From positions 346,745-410,744 of the forward strand of contig MU006100.1 of assembly GCA_010093705.1 (NCBI GenBank): a stretch of 64,000 bases of DNA, given 5' to 3'. A program made the translations under genes and the position numbers. This stretch comes from Patellaria atrata CBS 101060 (lineage: Eukaryota). This document shows, one piece after another, positions 50,833-61,442 of the stretch; the first letter of the stretch is position 1; each line of letters begins with the position of its first letter. The notes under the pieces were generated by a model. That model was given only the letters and a program-made list of their open reading frames with translations, made no database searches and was not told where the DNA came from.

Positions 50833-51430
50833 TGTGAAGCCATAGTTCAGGAGGCGGATGAGTGGAGGTTCCATGTGAACAGTTAATCGGGAAGAAAAAC
50901 TGCGTTTAGAGCTTGGTTCGCATATTAGCGCGGCGTTTAGGAGTAAGCTTTAGATAACAACTTTTGAGTCTTTTTTGTTAATCCAGAATTAGTAGGACTG
51001 AATTAGAGGCATTCCACAGCTCGTTCGTTGTCACAAATGAGACGATACACTACGCTCACTGGTACGGGACAATAGCTCTCCGGCCAATGAAATAAGTGCA
51101 GATCTTCAACGAGAAGTACATCAACACCCTGAGAGACTTCTCTTTCTGGGATCAGGCGGGACAGTACGTATACAGCATATTCGTTCGACCAATGAGCAAG
51201 GATGTGTACAGACGTTCAACGGATTTTGTTCCACCTACCCAATAATCACTGTTCGGGAGTCTAGTGCTTATTCACACCACGTGGGATATTTCGACCGCCT
51301 GACCATCCGGAGCCTTATTCAAGTGGATAGAAAATGCACAACTTGACATGATAAGACGGACCACGTGTTCTTTAACTATTTCCTATCCCTATTCGTTCCA
51401 TACAACTCAATCAGACGCCTTCCCCCAGCC

Positions 51431-53587
51431 CTATCCCACCAAAGCCGCCTTCCCACCCCCAAACTTCCCCTCCGGCCCCTCCAAATGCGCATCCAAAACC
51501 GCACTCCTCCCCTCCCTCACCCACGCCACCGCCTCCGCCAACCTCCCCTCCAACTCCTCCACCGTCCCCGCCGTGCCGGCCCACACGTCCCCGCCCCCGG
51601 CGGCCCGCGCAATCCCCGCGTAGTCCGGCGTCGGCGCAAAGCTGATGTTCAGCTCCTCCGGTGTGGCTTTGCTGCCGGCGCCGTCGGGGTGCACGAGCAG
51701 CAGGCTGCGGCGCGGCGCGTGCCAGCCGCGATTGTTGAGCACGATCGTCAGGATCGGGATCTGGTATCGCGCGGAGATCCAGTAGACGGAGCCCGGGATC
51801 GAGAAGAGGTAGGTCCCGTCGCCGACGATTTGGGTTATGAAGCGGGGGGTGCCGGCGGCTTGGGTGGCGAGGCGGATGCCGAGGGCCTTGGGGGGGTTGT
51901 TAGTCCGGTTACGGAGGAGTACAACGTGTTTTACTAAAGGTATCGAGAGAGGAGGGTAAAAGATGGTGCGAGGGAGGGGATGAGGAGTTGTGAGCAAAGG
52001 GAGATTGAGGACTTACTGCTCCACCACTCCATCCTAATCCGCCACCTCCGCAATTGATCCATGAGCCCGGCAGTGTGGCTTGAATTTGATCAGCAACGAA
52101 ACCGGTATTTGTTACTGCTTCGATAACCCAGATTGTGTCCTTGGGACAATGTTTCCGTAGTTGGGCGCAGAGATACGAAGCATTATAATGTTCATTTTCA
52201 CTAGGTTTCGCTAGAGTAGCGATAGTGTCTAGACGAGCTTGGTAACTTTCTCCCAATGTTCTCCACCGTTCATCGAATTCGACGCCTTGGATTTTCTGGT
52301 TGAGAGACTCGTTCGACTGAACGAAAGTATGCAGTTGATTTATAGCCGTGTAGCAGTCTGCTCGATACCGTGCTAATGCATTGATATAAAAGACCGGCAT
52401 TTGCTGCTTCAGTGGGTCAATATCGATGTGGTATATCTTGACGTCTTCCTTAGGTAGGCACTGGGTGTTGATCCAGGGGACGTCGCAGTCGACTACCAAT
52501 ATCACATCCGCCGTTTTGATTGCGTCCTCAACACCATATCTCAAACCTAGCCACGCTCTATGATCCGCGGGAAAGCACATATCGGAGCCTCCTGTGTCTA
52601 GCACCCGAAGGCCCCTTATGGTATCAGCAAGCTTGATCAGCTCCCCAACAGCGGCGTGATTTCTCCCAGCGTAGCCAGTGATGAGTAACGGTTCTTCTGC
52701 ATCAACGAGAGCTTTACCAATGATTTCAACTGCACGTTGGGCAAGTGCTGTTGGTTCCACCGGGTTCCAGAAAGCTTGATTTAGCGAATATGGTGTCAAA
52801 TCTTCTTCTATGGACTCTCTAGCACCGTAGAGATAAACGGGACCTTTTGGATCAGACATAGCAAATGATAAGGCCCGGTTGACCATTTGCTGCAGTGCAA
52901 AATGTCAGATGTTGCTTTTCGAGCATTCTTTTGGAAAATGCATAAAAAGATTACGAACCTTGACATTCTTTCCGCTCTTGATCTCTCCCGTATACCTACA
53001 ATACTGGCTCACAATCTGTTTCTGATCCGGTACATCTTGAATCCAATGGATATACTCTGTTCTACTACCCCTCATTTCTCCTTCAATGGTATATGGCGAA
53101 AGTCCCGCGAATATCAAGACGGGACACCGCCCACAAGAAGCATTGTGGACTGCGGCCGCGAGACCCTGAGTACCGACATCAACATGGACAACTACGCACT
53201 GGGGCTGTCCGGTTAGACGAGCATATCCATCCGCCATGGAGAGGGCGACCATCTAATCCGAAGTCGTTAGATCTGATAATGATCGACGAAGGAATTGAAA
53301 ACATACCTCATTGGGGCACGTGATAATCTTCGGGAATTGGCCTTTCTTTTCATTCTGCCCTTTGACAATTGCTTCGATAATCGAAGGGTGATCGGAGCCC
53401 AGGTTAACGAAGCACTGTAGTAGGTATCAATCTCAGGGGTTCTCTGAATATACTACTGTCAATAGCCCTTACGTGGGTAATCCCGGCTTCCCAGATGGCT
53501 TCAAAGAATGCAAACGAAGCTGTATATACCCTGATATAACATTAGCATATATTACTGGACTTGAAAAGAAGTATGATGATCTCACAT
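51431..53587 (-). CDS. Thiamine-pyrophosphate-dependent enzyme (acetolactate synthase / decarboxylase-like)
   Basis: Exons 53587-53586 (AT), 53530-53473, 53414-53307, 53252-52959, 52889-52017, 51886-51431. Motifs FVNLGSDHP, PNEMVA, HVDVGT, GGGGLGWSGG and the TPP motif GDG...LNN.GW. Confidence 0.92.
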
Positions 53588-54001
53588 GTTTCTTGGAATC
53601 AATATAATTGTAGGATAAGAAAGGTTATAGGGAAGAAAGGCTACGTTAAGACGCGACAATAGAAGAAAACAAACATATCCATGCCATCAGAAACGTCATG
53701 TTACCCAATTCCCCACATGGATAGCTGCGGGGGGAGCTCTCCGCAGTCGTCAATCTACCGTAAAGTTGATCAAACAATGTTTCCCTTGTACCATCAAGGA
53801 GTACCGGCAGGGAGGGGTTCTTCAAGGCCCCGGCAATCATCGGCTGCGATCGGAATTTTCGTAGAACCTTTCAATACCGTAGGTCTAGCGTCTGAGAATA
53901 GAAGTTTGAAGGAAGCAAAACTAATAGAGATCATAATACACGGAACTCAAATTCAAAACAAAAAAAAAGATTGGAATAAAAAGCGAAAAGACAAAATATA
54001 A

Positions 54002-54082
54002 CGACACCTGAGAGATTCGAACTCTCGCTCCCGAAGGAACCGGCTTAGCAGGCCGGCGCGTTAACCACTCCGCCAAAGTGCC
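54002..54082 (-). tRNA. tRNA-Ser (anticodon GCT), intronless
   Basis: GGCACTT/AGGTGTC acceptor stem, TGGCGGAGTGG A box, CCGGC-CTGCTAA-GCCGG anticodon arm, long variable arm, GTTCGAATC B box and downstream T runs. Confidence 0.96.
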
Positions 54083-55071
54083 AGGTGATAATATAGTATG
54101 ATCGATATGACATACTGGCTTATATTCACAACGTCAATTGCATATTACGTCAACATTTTTGCAGTCACGCACAACGCTTAGTTCTAATCTAACCGTAATT
54201 GTCTAGCGTGACTACCTCACCTTCGTCTGCCCTGGGCTGGATTATTTCTCACCACACATAGCCCAAGCTTTATCATATCTTGAGTATACTTCTGTTGTTC
54301 TATCTGACAGTTTGTATGAGGTGGTCAATATAATGGCCTCAGTATTGGCTTTCTTCGGTTATGACGTACCACCTAAAGCAGAGGGAGGCTGATCTCCGTT
54401 ACGTTGGGAAGGAAATTCAGGACATCTGGGAAATGAAATTGTGAAAATGGGCCAGATCTACTAGTTCTGTGCGGTTACTGTTCTTTCCATGACATATTTG
54501 ACTGTACGATTTGTCACAAACTGTTCTAAATGCTTAACCGTACGCAGATCGTATTGAACTCTTTGAATCGGAAATACAGCAGGATCAAAGTGTAGAATTT
54601 CCTTGGTCGACCGGAATCTTGAAAATTTATCGAAAGGTCGTGGGTATGCAGGTGTAATTATATCGAGAACCGACGCTCGAAATAGTACAGCAAAAGCCCG
54701 GAACTGTCGCCCGTAGTACGATATGCGGTACGTTTACAAGTTCGACATATACCGCAAATGATTTTCAATTCACAGAAGTTTGAGTGTCCTTCGAGGAGTA
54801 TTATTCTTTATCAGATAATTCTGAATTCTAGTAAGTCATGATTGAAGTAAATCTGTACGCCTTATAATCGAAATCAGGGGTATCATTTCCGCCGTATTAA
54901 TGCTCATACAGAATTACCCAAACAGCCCACCCGGAACTCCTTCCAATATGAAAATATGCCAAAGCTCCTGGGCCGTAAAAGGCTGTAATATAGTGAATGT
55001 ACTGATATGTCAATTCCACTCTTGCTTACCATGTGCAATAACCTTAGACTAGTATACACCAGCTTAGGACC

Positions 55072-56031
55072 TCAGATCTCCAAGCTATCCCAGTCATACT
55101 CTGCATCCATCATTCTCTTGGTTGTCCTCACGAACCTCTCCCTTCTCTACGCTGCGCGCTTTCTCTTCGCCAATATCTCCTTCTCGTAGACTAGTTTAGC
55201 CGGTTCCGGGGCTTCCCCCATCACCACCGCGGCTAGCTTCCTCGCAAACGTTTGATCGATCTGGCCTTCGATGCGCACAGGTGGGACGCGCAGATTGATT
55301 AATAGTCCCAGAGCATATTGAAACGCTTCTAGAGCCGTCATACATCGCCCCGGGTAAAATTCAATACAGGCGTACGATATCTAATATCGGTCGATCTGAA
55401 ATAAACTCTGCTGCACAACTAGCTTCAAGCGATTAAGACTTCCATCGCCGAATACCGAGGCCAGACGGATAGCCCACTTGCAGATCCTCCTGATGCGATT
55501 CGAATTCGTGATGCTCGTGAAGTCACCATTTAAATCTCTAACAGAAACTTTCTCCCCAATGAAGATGTCCACTTTCTTAAGCTTCTTTCCGAGATGAGCG
55601 GGAATGAAGTTCAGGCTGTTCAGCTCCCCGTCGCCAGCACCCGGCCTCAGGTTAATCATATGGAACCTAAATGTATTTGAGCCGAACAGTACCGCTTCAG
55701 CGTCGGCACGGAGTGCAGGATCCGTACAGATGAGAGCTCGAAAGGCCTTGGGGTCCCAATTTGATAAGAAACAACTAACCAGATAGGAAGACGGAGAGGC
55801 CCACAGCGCTCCAGGTGTGCAAATGTGGTCGGATCCTACGTCGGTGGGCGTTTCGTGAGGGAGGGGGTGTTTCAGAACCTTGAATCGAGGTTCGGAGGGG
55901 AGGGAGAAGAATCTGAAAGGCAGGGCTTCTGTTGTTGAGGATTCTGAACCATCCTCAATGACCGAGGGTATGTAGCCGAGTGTGAGGAATCTATGTCCGT
56001 CTTGATAAAATGCGGCTGTGGGTGATTGCAT
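55072..56031 (-). pseudogene. F-box-like (F..LP.E.R) fungal hypothetical protein gene interrupted by two in-frame TAG stops
   Basis: PFRFFSLPSEPR...EAVLFGSNTFRF. The frame continues through TAG at 55381 and at 55147 to YDWDSLEI-TGA at 55072. Confidence 0.7.
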
Positions 56032-58000
56032 AATTGTTTCAACTTGGTGATTTTTTTGTCTTGTTTTTAAGGAAAATATTGTATTTGGGGATGTTCGTCA
56101 TAATTAAAGGGAAGGAAAGATTTTGGAAATTACGAATGCTTTATATAAGAGCTTTGGGGGACCTTAGTCAAAAACCTTAATACTCGAATAAAGGAAGGAA
56201 CATCCGGTGTCCTGGGTGGCCTTAACAGGTTTATTTTTTCCTCGGTGGTAAAAGAACGTATCGTGGGTTTGTTAACGAGAATTCCATAGCCATAGAAGTC
56301 TTGATGATGAGCAGATCCCATAAGTTTTATCTTCAATGTACACTGTCACAAATTTGACTACGGATGGCTGAATTGTAAAACTACTCGTAAATGCACACAA
56401 TGTATACATTGTCTTGCGGGAAACGAATACTTATTAGAGAGTAGAAAGTGAGGTTAGTTCTTTCATGAATTTGAATGTTGTGAAAGTCTCAAATTTACCA
56501 AATGGTCACAATTTTTTAAGAACTTCTTCAAGCGAACAGGCATCCACGCTCAAACAAGAGTACCGTGTAACAAAACATAACGTTGCTGCTCTCCGATATA
56601 GCACCATTATTTTCGAACTAGAGAAGGCTATCTTACCTTCAAGACACAATGCAGTGCTGGAGTTTCTGCTAAAAGAGTAACCGACACCCCTGTGGTACTG
56701 GATAAGCGATGAGGAATCTGGTGACTGTAAATATAAATGCTAGTATTCTGTACAGCAGCTAATAACGGTCATGGACGGTCTCAGTGAAATGATATACAGT
56801 TCTAGTTTCCGAACTCTTTCAGTTCGCTAGGACTTGAATCTTAAATGGAGTAACGGATTGATAGAATAGATAGACTCTTATGCGGAAAAGTTTGAGGGTT
56901 TGGACCTCCTTATGATTTTCCTGATAGTTCGATCTACGACTGACCAATCTGAAGGAAGGTTGACCAATTGCACATATATAAGTTTTTCGAAAACCTGAAA
57001 CGGCTTTCAGATCTATTGGATTGGAACTTCTCTAGAGATCTACATTGGTAGAACTAATCGATGACAGGCTCAGTCTAAGCAAGAATAATCGGAAGACTAT
57101 AACATGTGCCACATGAATAGTATATATCAGAACAGAGCTCTTGTAGTGAAGCCTTACCTTGGCTGGTAGCCTAACAAAAGGGTTGAAGGGCAGAGACTAA
57201 AGGTGTAAGCGAGGGGCAAGGAGTCTGAAATAAATCACGAACGCACCGTATGATTTTGATTGTCTTAAGGATGCAATCCAGTCTGGGTTCGTTGACGAAT
57301 ATTCAAAGAACAAAATGCTATGGACTATTTCTGTGCGTATAACGGTTCTAAATCGGTGATCTTAACGTCGTGTGTGATATTGAGTACAGACGAGATTCCG
57401 TCAGAGTTTGGGTACTTTTAGGACCTTTGTAAAATGGAAAATGGATAAAGAACCCAACTCCTTTGGGGATATGGACCAATAATAAACGCTTAGTACGGTC
57501 TGTATGGAATGGAAGCTGATTTATCCTAAGCTTGCCATTTAAACTTTTGAAATTGTATTTTACGCCACAGTTACCTCTATTTGAACCAAACAGTCCCCAT
57601 TTAGCCCCATTCAACAATAGAAATGGAGCTCAAATAGAGCATCATATTTGCAACCAAACAGGCCCTTATCGTTCACACTGGGCCTACCCTGGGAACCTGT
57701 GACGCGCGGCTGTCTGCCTGTGCAGTTCTTTGGGAGAACCTACCCTAAGGTACATTTTGCACTGCCTAATACCCCAAAGTGAAAATTTTAATGTCTCTTT
57801 TCTACCCTACCTTTCTTCTACTCTTAAGTTACTTTTACTAAACTATGGTTACTTAAATACTTCTCCAAACCCATCACAGCAATAATGACAAGCCCTTCTA
57901 CTTCGTCATTCATTTCTCTTAGACTTCTTTACTACTATAGGAGACGGAACACACACAAACACACATAATAAACTGAAGCCTCGCCTCAGCCTTGTTCGAT

Positions 58001-58323
58001 ATGAAAACCCTCTCTCTTCGGTCTCTCTCTAGCAACGATAATAGCACGAATATCATATTCGGCATACTGACTGCGGTTCTCTCGACTATTTCAATTCTCG
58101 TAGGCGCTTGGCCGCCTGGCGCGAACACCGGAAGAATGCTACACGACGTGAGTCCACCTCGAAATTGAACGCTTTCACTTCATAACAGGGGACTTATTGG
58201 TTGAGAGAGATGTAGGAGTCGATTCGGACCTCGCAGCTAGGACGGATCATGGCGACGTTGAACTACGAGTCCTCCTATCGCGACAGGGGACACGAGTCGC
58301 TACCTAGCATGAAACTCCTCTAG
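58001..58323 (+). pseudogene. Small single-pass membrane protein gene, frameshifted paralog of 60890-61168
   Basis: MKTLSLRSLSSNDNSTNIIFGILTAVLSTISILVG. A 1-nt shift near 58107 gives LAAWREHRK. Intron 58148-58188, then ...DVELRVLL...TAG. Confidence 0.65.
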
Positions 58324-58571
58324 AACATAAGCTATTGATGATTCGAGGGGCGGTGACGGGTAAGGCGTTGATGAACAGGAGCCTACTTTGATGAGAACAA
58401 CAATTGAAGGATAAAAGAAGCGAAGGAGAAGGGAGGTTGGAACAAAGTCGTAGTCTTACAGGAGCGATGTGGGGTCTACCCTCATGTGGAATAGTTGTTG
58501 CATTATCCTGGGCTAGAGCTTTCGGCTGGGACGATCTCGATTAGATGAACTACTGTAGTGTCAAATTTCTA

Positions 58572-59050
58572 GGGGCTGTCGTTTTCACGACCCCTCCTTA
58601 CTACGGTACATTGACACCCCACTAAAAAAGGGAAGGGGTATAACCCAAAGCGGTAGTCGAACTTTTCGTTGCAAATAGCGTGCAAAACTAATATCTTATA
58701 GCAGTAAAATCTAAACGCTAGTATAGCTAAACTCAGGTATACTATTGCAAAGATACTAGGTGAATTTAAGGCCGTATTTGACTGAACACGAATTTAAGCC
58801 GTATCTGACAGTCTGACGCCGTATCTGAGCACGAATCTGAATTACCGCCATAAATTTGAGCAGAAGTATTCAAATTTATCATAAAATCTTGATACTATAC
58901 TAACAGTGTCCGGAAGGGGCCCGGCTAGGTAAGGTATACTGAATTCGACTACCCCTTTAGGTTAGTCTCCTTCCACTTTTAGAAAGGGTGTCAATGTAGT
59001 AAGGATGGGATATCAATGTATAATAAAGGGGTGTCCAAATAACGGCTATC
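58572..59050. mobile_element. MITE-like element with long imperfect inverted repeats
   Basis: 58607-58661 pairs with 58944-58998 (tacattgacaccc...gtagtcgaa). Weaker outer arms extend to 58572 and 59050, with TA on both flanks and internal gccgtat(c/t)tga repeats. Confidence 0.75.
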
Positions 59051-60889
59051 TAAAGTAGAGCTAAGTTGCTATTTAAAACTGTAATGATCGTTGTGAAGCA
59101 TTTGAAAATGTTTTGCGATCGACGTGGAGCATTGTCATGGCGAGTATCTTCTGATGCGAGCTGACCACAACGATACTACTATTGACGAAGAACAACAAGT
59201 TGAGGAGCTATCTACGTGGTGGTAGGGGAAGATATATCTACATGCGCGCCAAGGTGGGCCGATGTTTATCCGTCGTGCTATCAACCACTATTACGATCCA
59301 GATCGTGACAAGCATTCAAAACCATTACTCTATAAACCAGCGATGCCACAGTCGAGCATTTGTCTTGGCACAACTACTATGGAGATTACCCCCAAAAGTA
59401 TTTACAACACCTGCACTACTGCTAAACTGCTTCTAAAAAGTGTAGATATATTCAAAAAAAAGTCGCTAATTATAGTGCAGCTTTTAAAATTGTATTTGCC
59501 ACTTCCGAAGCAATTGATAAACTCACTTTTCTCTTGAACTATTTTATTCTGATTTTTGTAGACGTTCGACGAAACTTTTGCTCGCTGCAGGCTTCCGTTT
59601 TGGGGTTAGTTCGCGTGGCGATCCCGGTACGCCACGTGAAGCAGGTAACAACGGCCTAATCCAAAATCAAAACCATTTCTTCATTTCTTCCAATAATGAA
59701 TTCTGATGATGCGACACATTGAGCAAACCCCAGCATGCCTCCCGTCAAGCACTCGGGAAAATGCACAGTACAGTACATCCCGTAGCAGAGCGATGCCGAC
59801 CCTAGGATGGATTTTGAAGTACCTCCAATTCTCCTTCAGCAAATTGACGGCTTCTACGTCCAACGAGGTCTCGAAATTCGAAATCGTCATGTCCAAAGCA
59901 ATTCGAAGGCAACGTTTCTTCATCTAAAGGAATCTAGGTAGGCTACATGTCATGGGTATTTTCAAACGCATATCGCATATACCTCTGTGGCGTACATGCT
60001 GATGGTGATACTTTAGGGTTAGGTACCAAACCAAAGTGAACAACGCAACAACGGTTACAAACACTCTAAAAATAATGTTTATTCTCTCCCCGATAGCTAG
60101 TCCCTAGCCTCTGTTAGGCCGTAACCTGTCTTTGATGCATGCGACGTAGTACAGTACCTTATGGCTGTACTAAGGGTCAAGACCGAACGACCAGGTAATA
60201 GAAAAATTTTGAGCAGACTTTTGAAATTTAGGACTAATCCTGCATAGAGACCTTTATTTCTAAGTGAGCTGAGGGCGCAAGCTAGGTACTTGAAGTCTTT
60301 TTTGCCAGGTGAAGCTCAGTATTATTGGTCAAATAGTAAAAAGTAAAGTGCAAGGGCAGGAAAGGTAAATAATTATGTAGCCTCACTTCTCCTGGGTAAA
60401 CCTGGTGTCGGACTGGAGATACGGGCGGATTGATTTAATTTCCTATTTCATTACTTCAATCATCATCGTACCACCAGTATCCCTTATTACCTCGCTATTG
60501 CTTGATCGTTCCCTGAAGCTTTTCTATATACTTAACAAGGAGTTCGGCGCATATGACTTATCATTTGAAGAAAGAGAAAATCGCACAATATGAATGCGAT
60601 ACCCCCAGAGACGGAGCAACGAGCGCTCGAGGATAGTATCCGAGCGTCGAGTGAATCGAGAATCCAACCTCCATTTTGCATATCGAAGAAAGTTTTGGGG
60701 AAGGAATCCATTCCTAAGGCCTACCGATCCAGAGAAATTTTTGATTAGAGCACAACCAAATCCAACAGGTGCCAGCGGACATGTTTCATCATGTTCTGTC
60801 ATCAGATAAGTTAGCAACAGTCTCCTATTCAAATGCGTTTACCTTACCGTAATACGTCAACTAAGCTTTCTTACAGAGCAACTTCACCT

Positions 60890-61168
60890 TCACCTCTCCG
60901 TAGTCCTTCCAACCAGGACCCGAAACTCAATGTCATCGTCCCTCCTAGTACCATGTGTATGGGTACCTACCTCTAGTTAATATCATTCGACTTGCTTGAG
61001 TGTCAAACAGGACAGCAACACACCTTGCTGACGGACGAGACGACGATGAGAAGATAAAGTCAAGAAGCCGACGACTATAGAGAGTACTGCAAGCAATGAC
61101 CCGAAGATTCCAAACGCAATAGCAATATTATCGTTCGTTGATAGGGCACGAGGCTGGATGGATGCCAT
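60890..61168 (-). CDS. 75-aa single-pass membrane microprotein
   Basis: Exons 61168-61024 and 60972-60890. MASIQPRALSTNDNIAIAFGIFGSLLAVLSIVVGFLTLSSHRRLVRQQEVGTHTHGTRRDDDIEFRVLVGRTTER*. TATATAAA box at ~61331-61338. Confidence 0.7.
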
Positions 61169-61442
61169 GGCCCCAAGGCGAAATTGATGCGAGTGGTTAC
61201 TGTGCAGGGGGAGATAATTTTCGTAAGGTGAATAAGAGATACGAGAGATGAGATAAATGATGAAGATTGAGCTGATAGATTAGAATATGTAGCTGATTAA
61301 ATGTATCATGAGAAAAGAAAATAGCAGCATTTTATATATCTACAGCGTCGAGGTTGTTCCTGGGCGCCAACTTAACAGAGTGAGCGATTGCGGGGAGGAG
61401 GATTCAAATGTACAGCCTCTTAAATTCCTTGATGTGGGCTGA

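Noticed and set aside
53415..53472. CTGAGA...ATAC in intron 2 of the TPP enzyme gene, suggesting a TPP riboswitch
   Set aside because: The intron is only 58 nt and lacks the P4/P5 sequences (GAA-CTGAT...GGATAAT..C.GCG).
60013..60023. TTAGGGTTAGG telomere-like repeat
   Set aside because: Fewer than two full units, so expected by chance. There is no telomerase RNA context that I can support.
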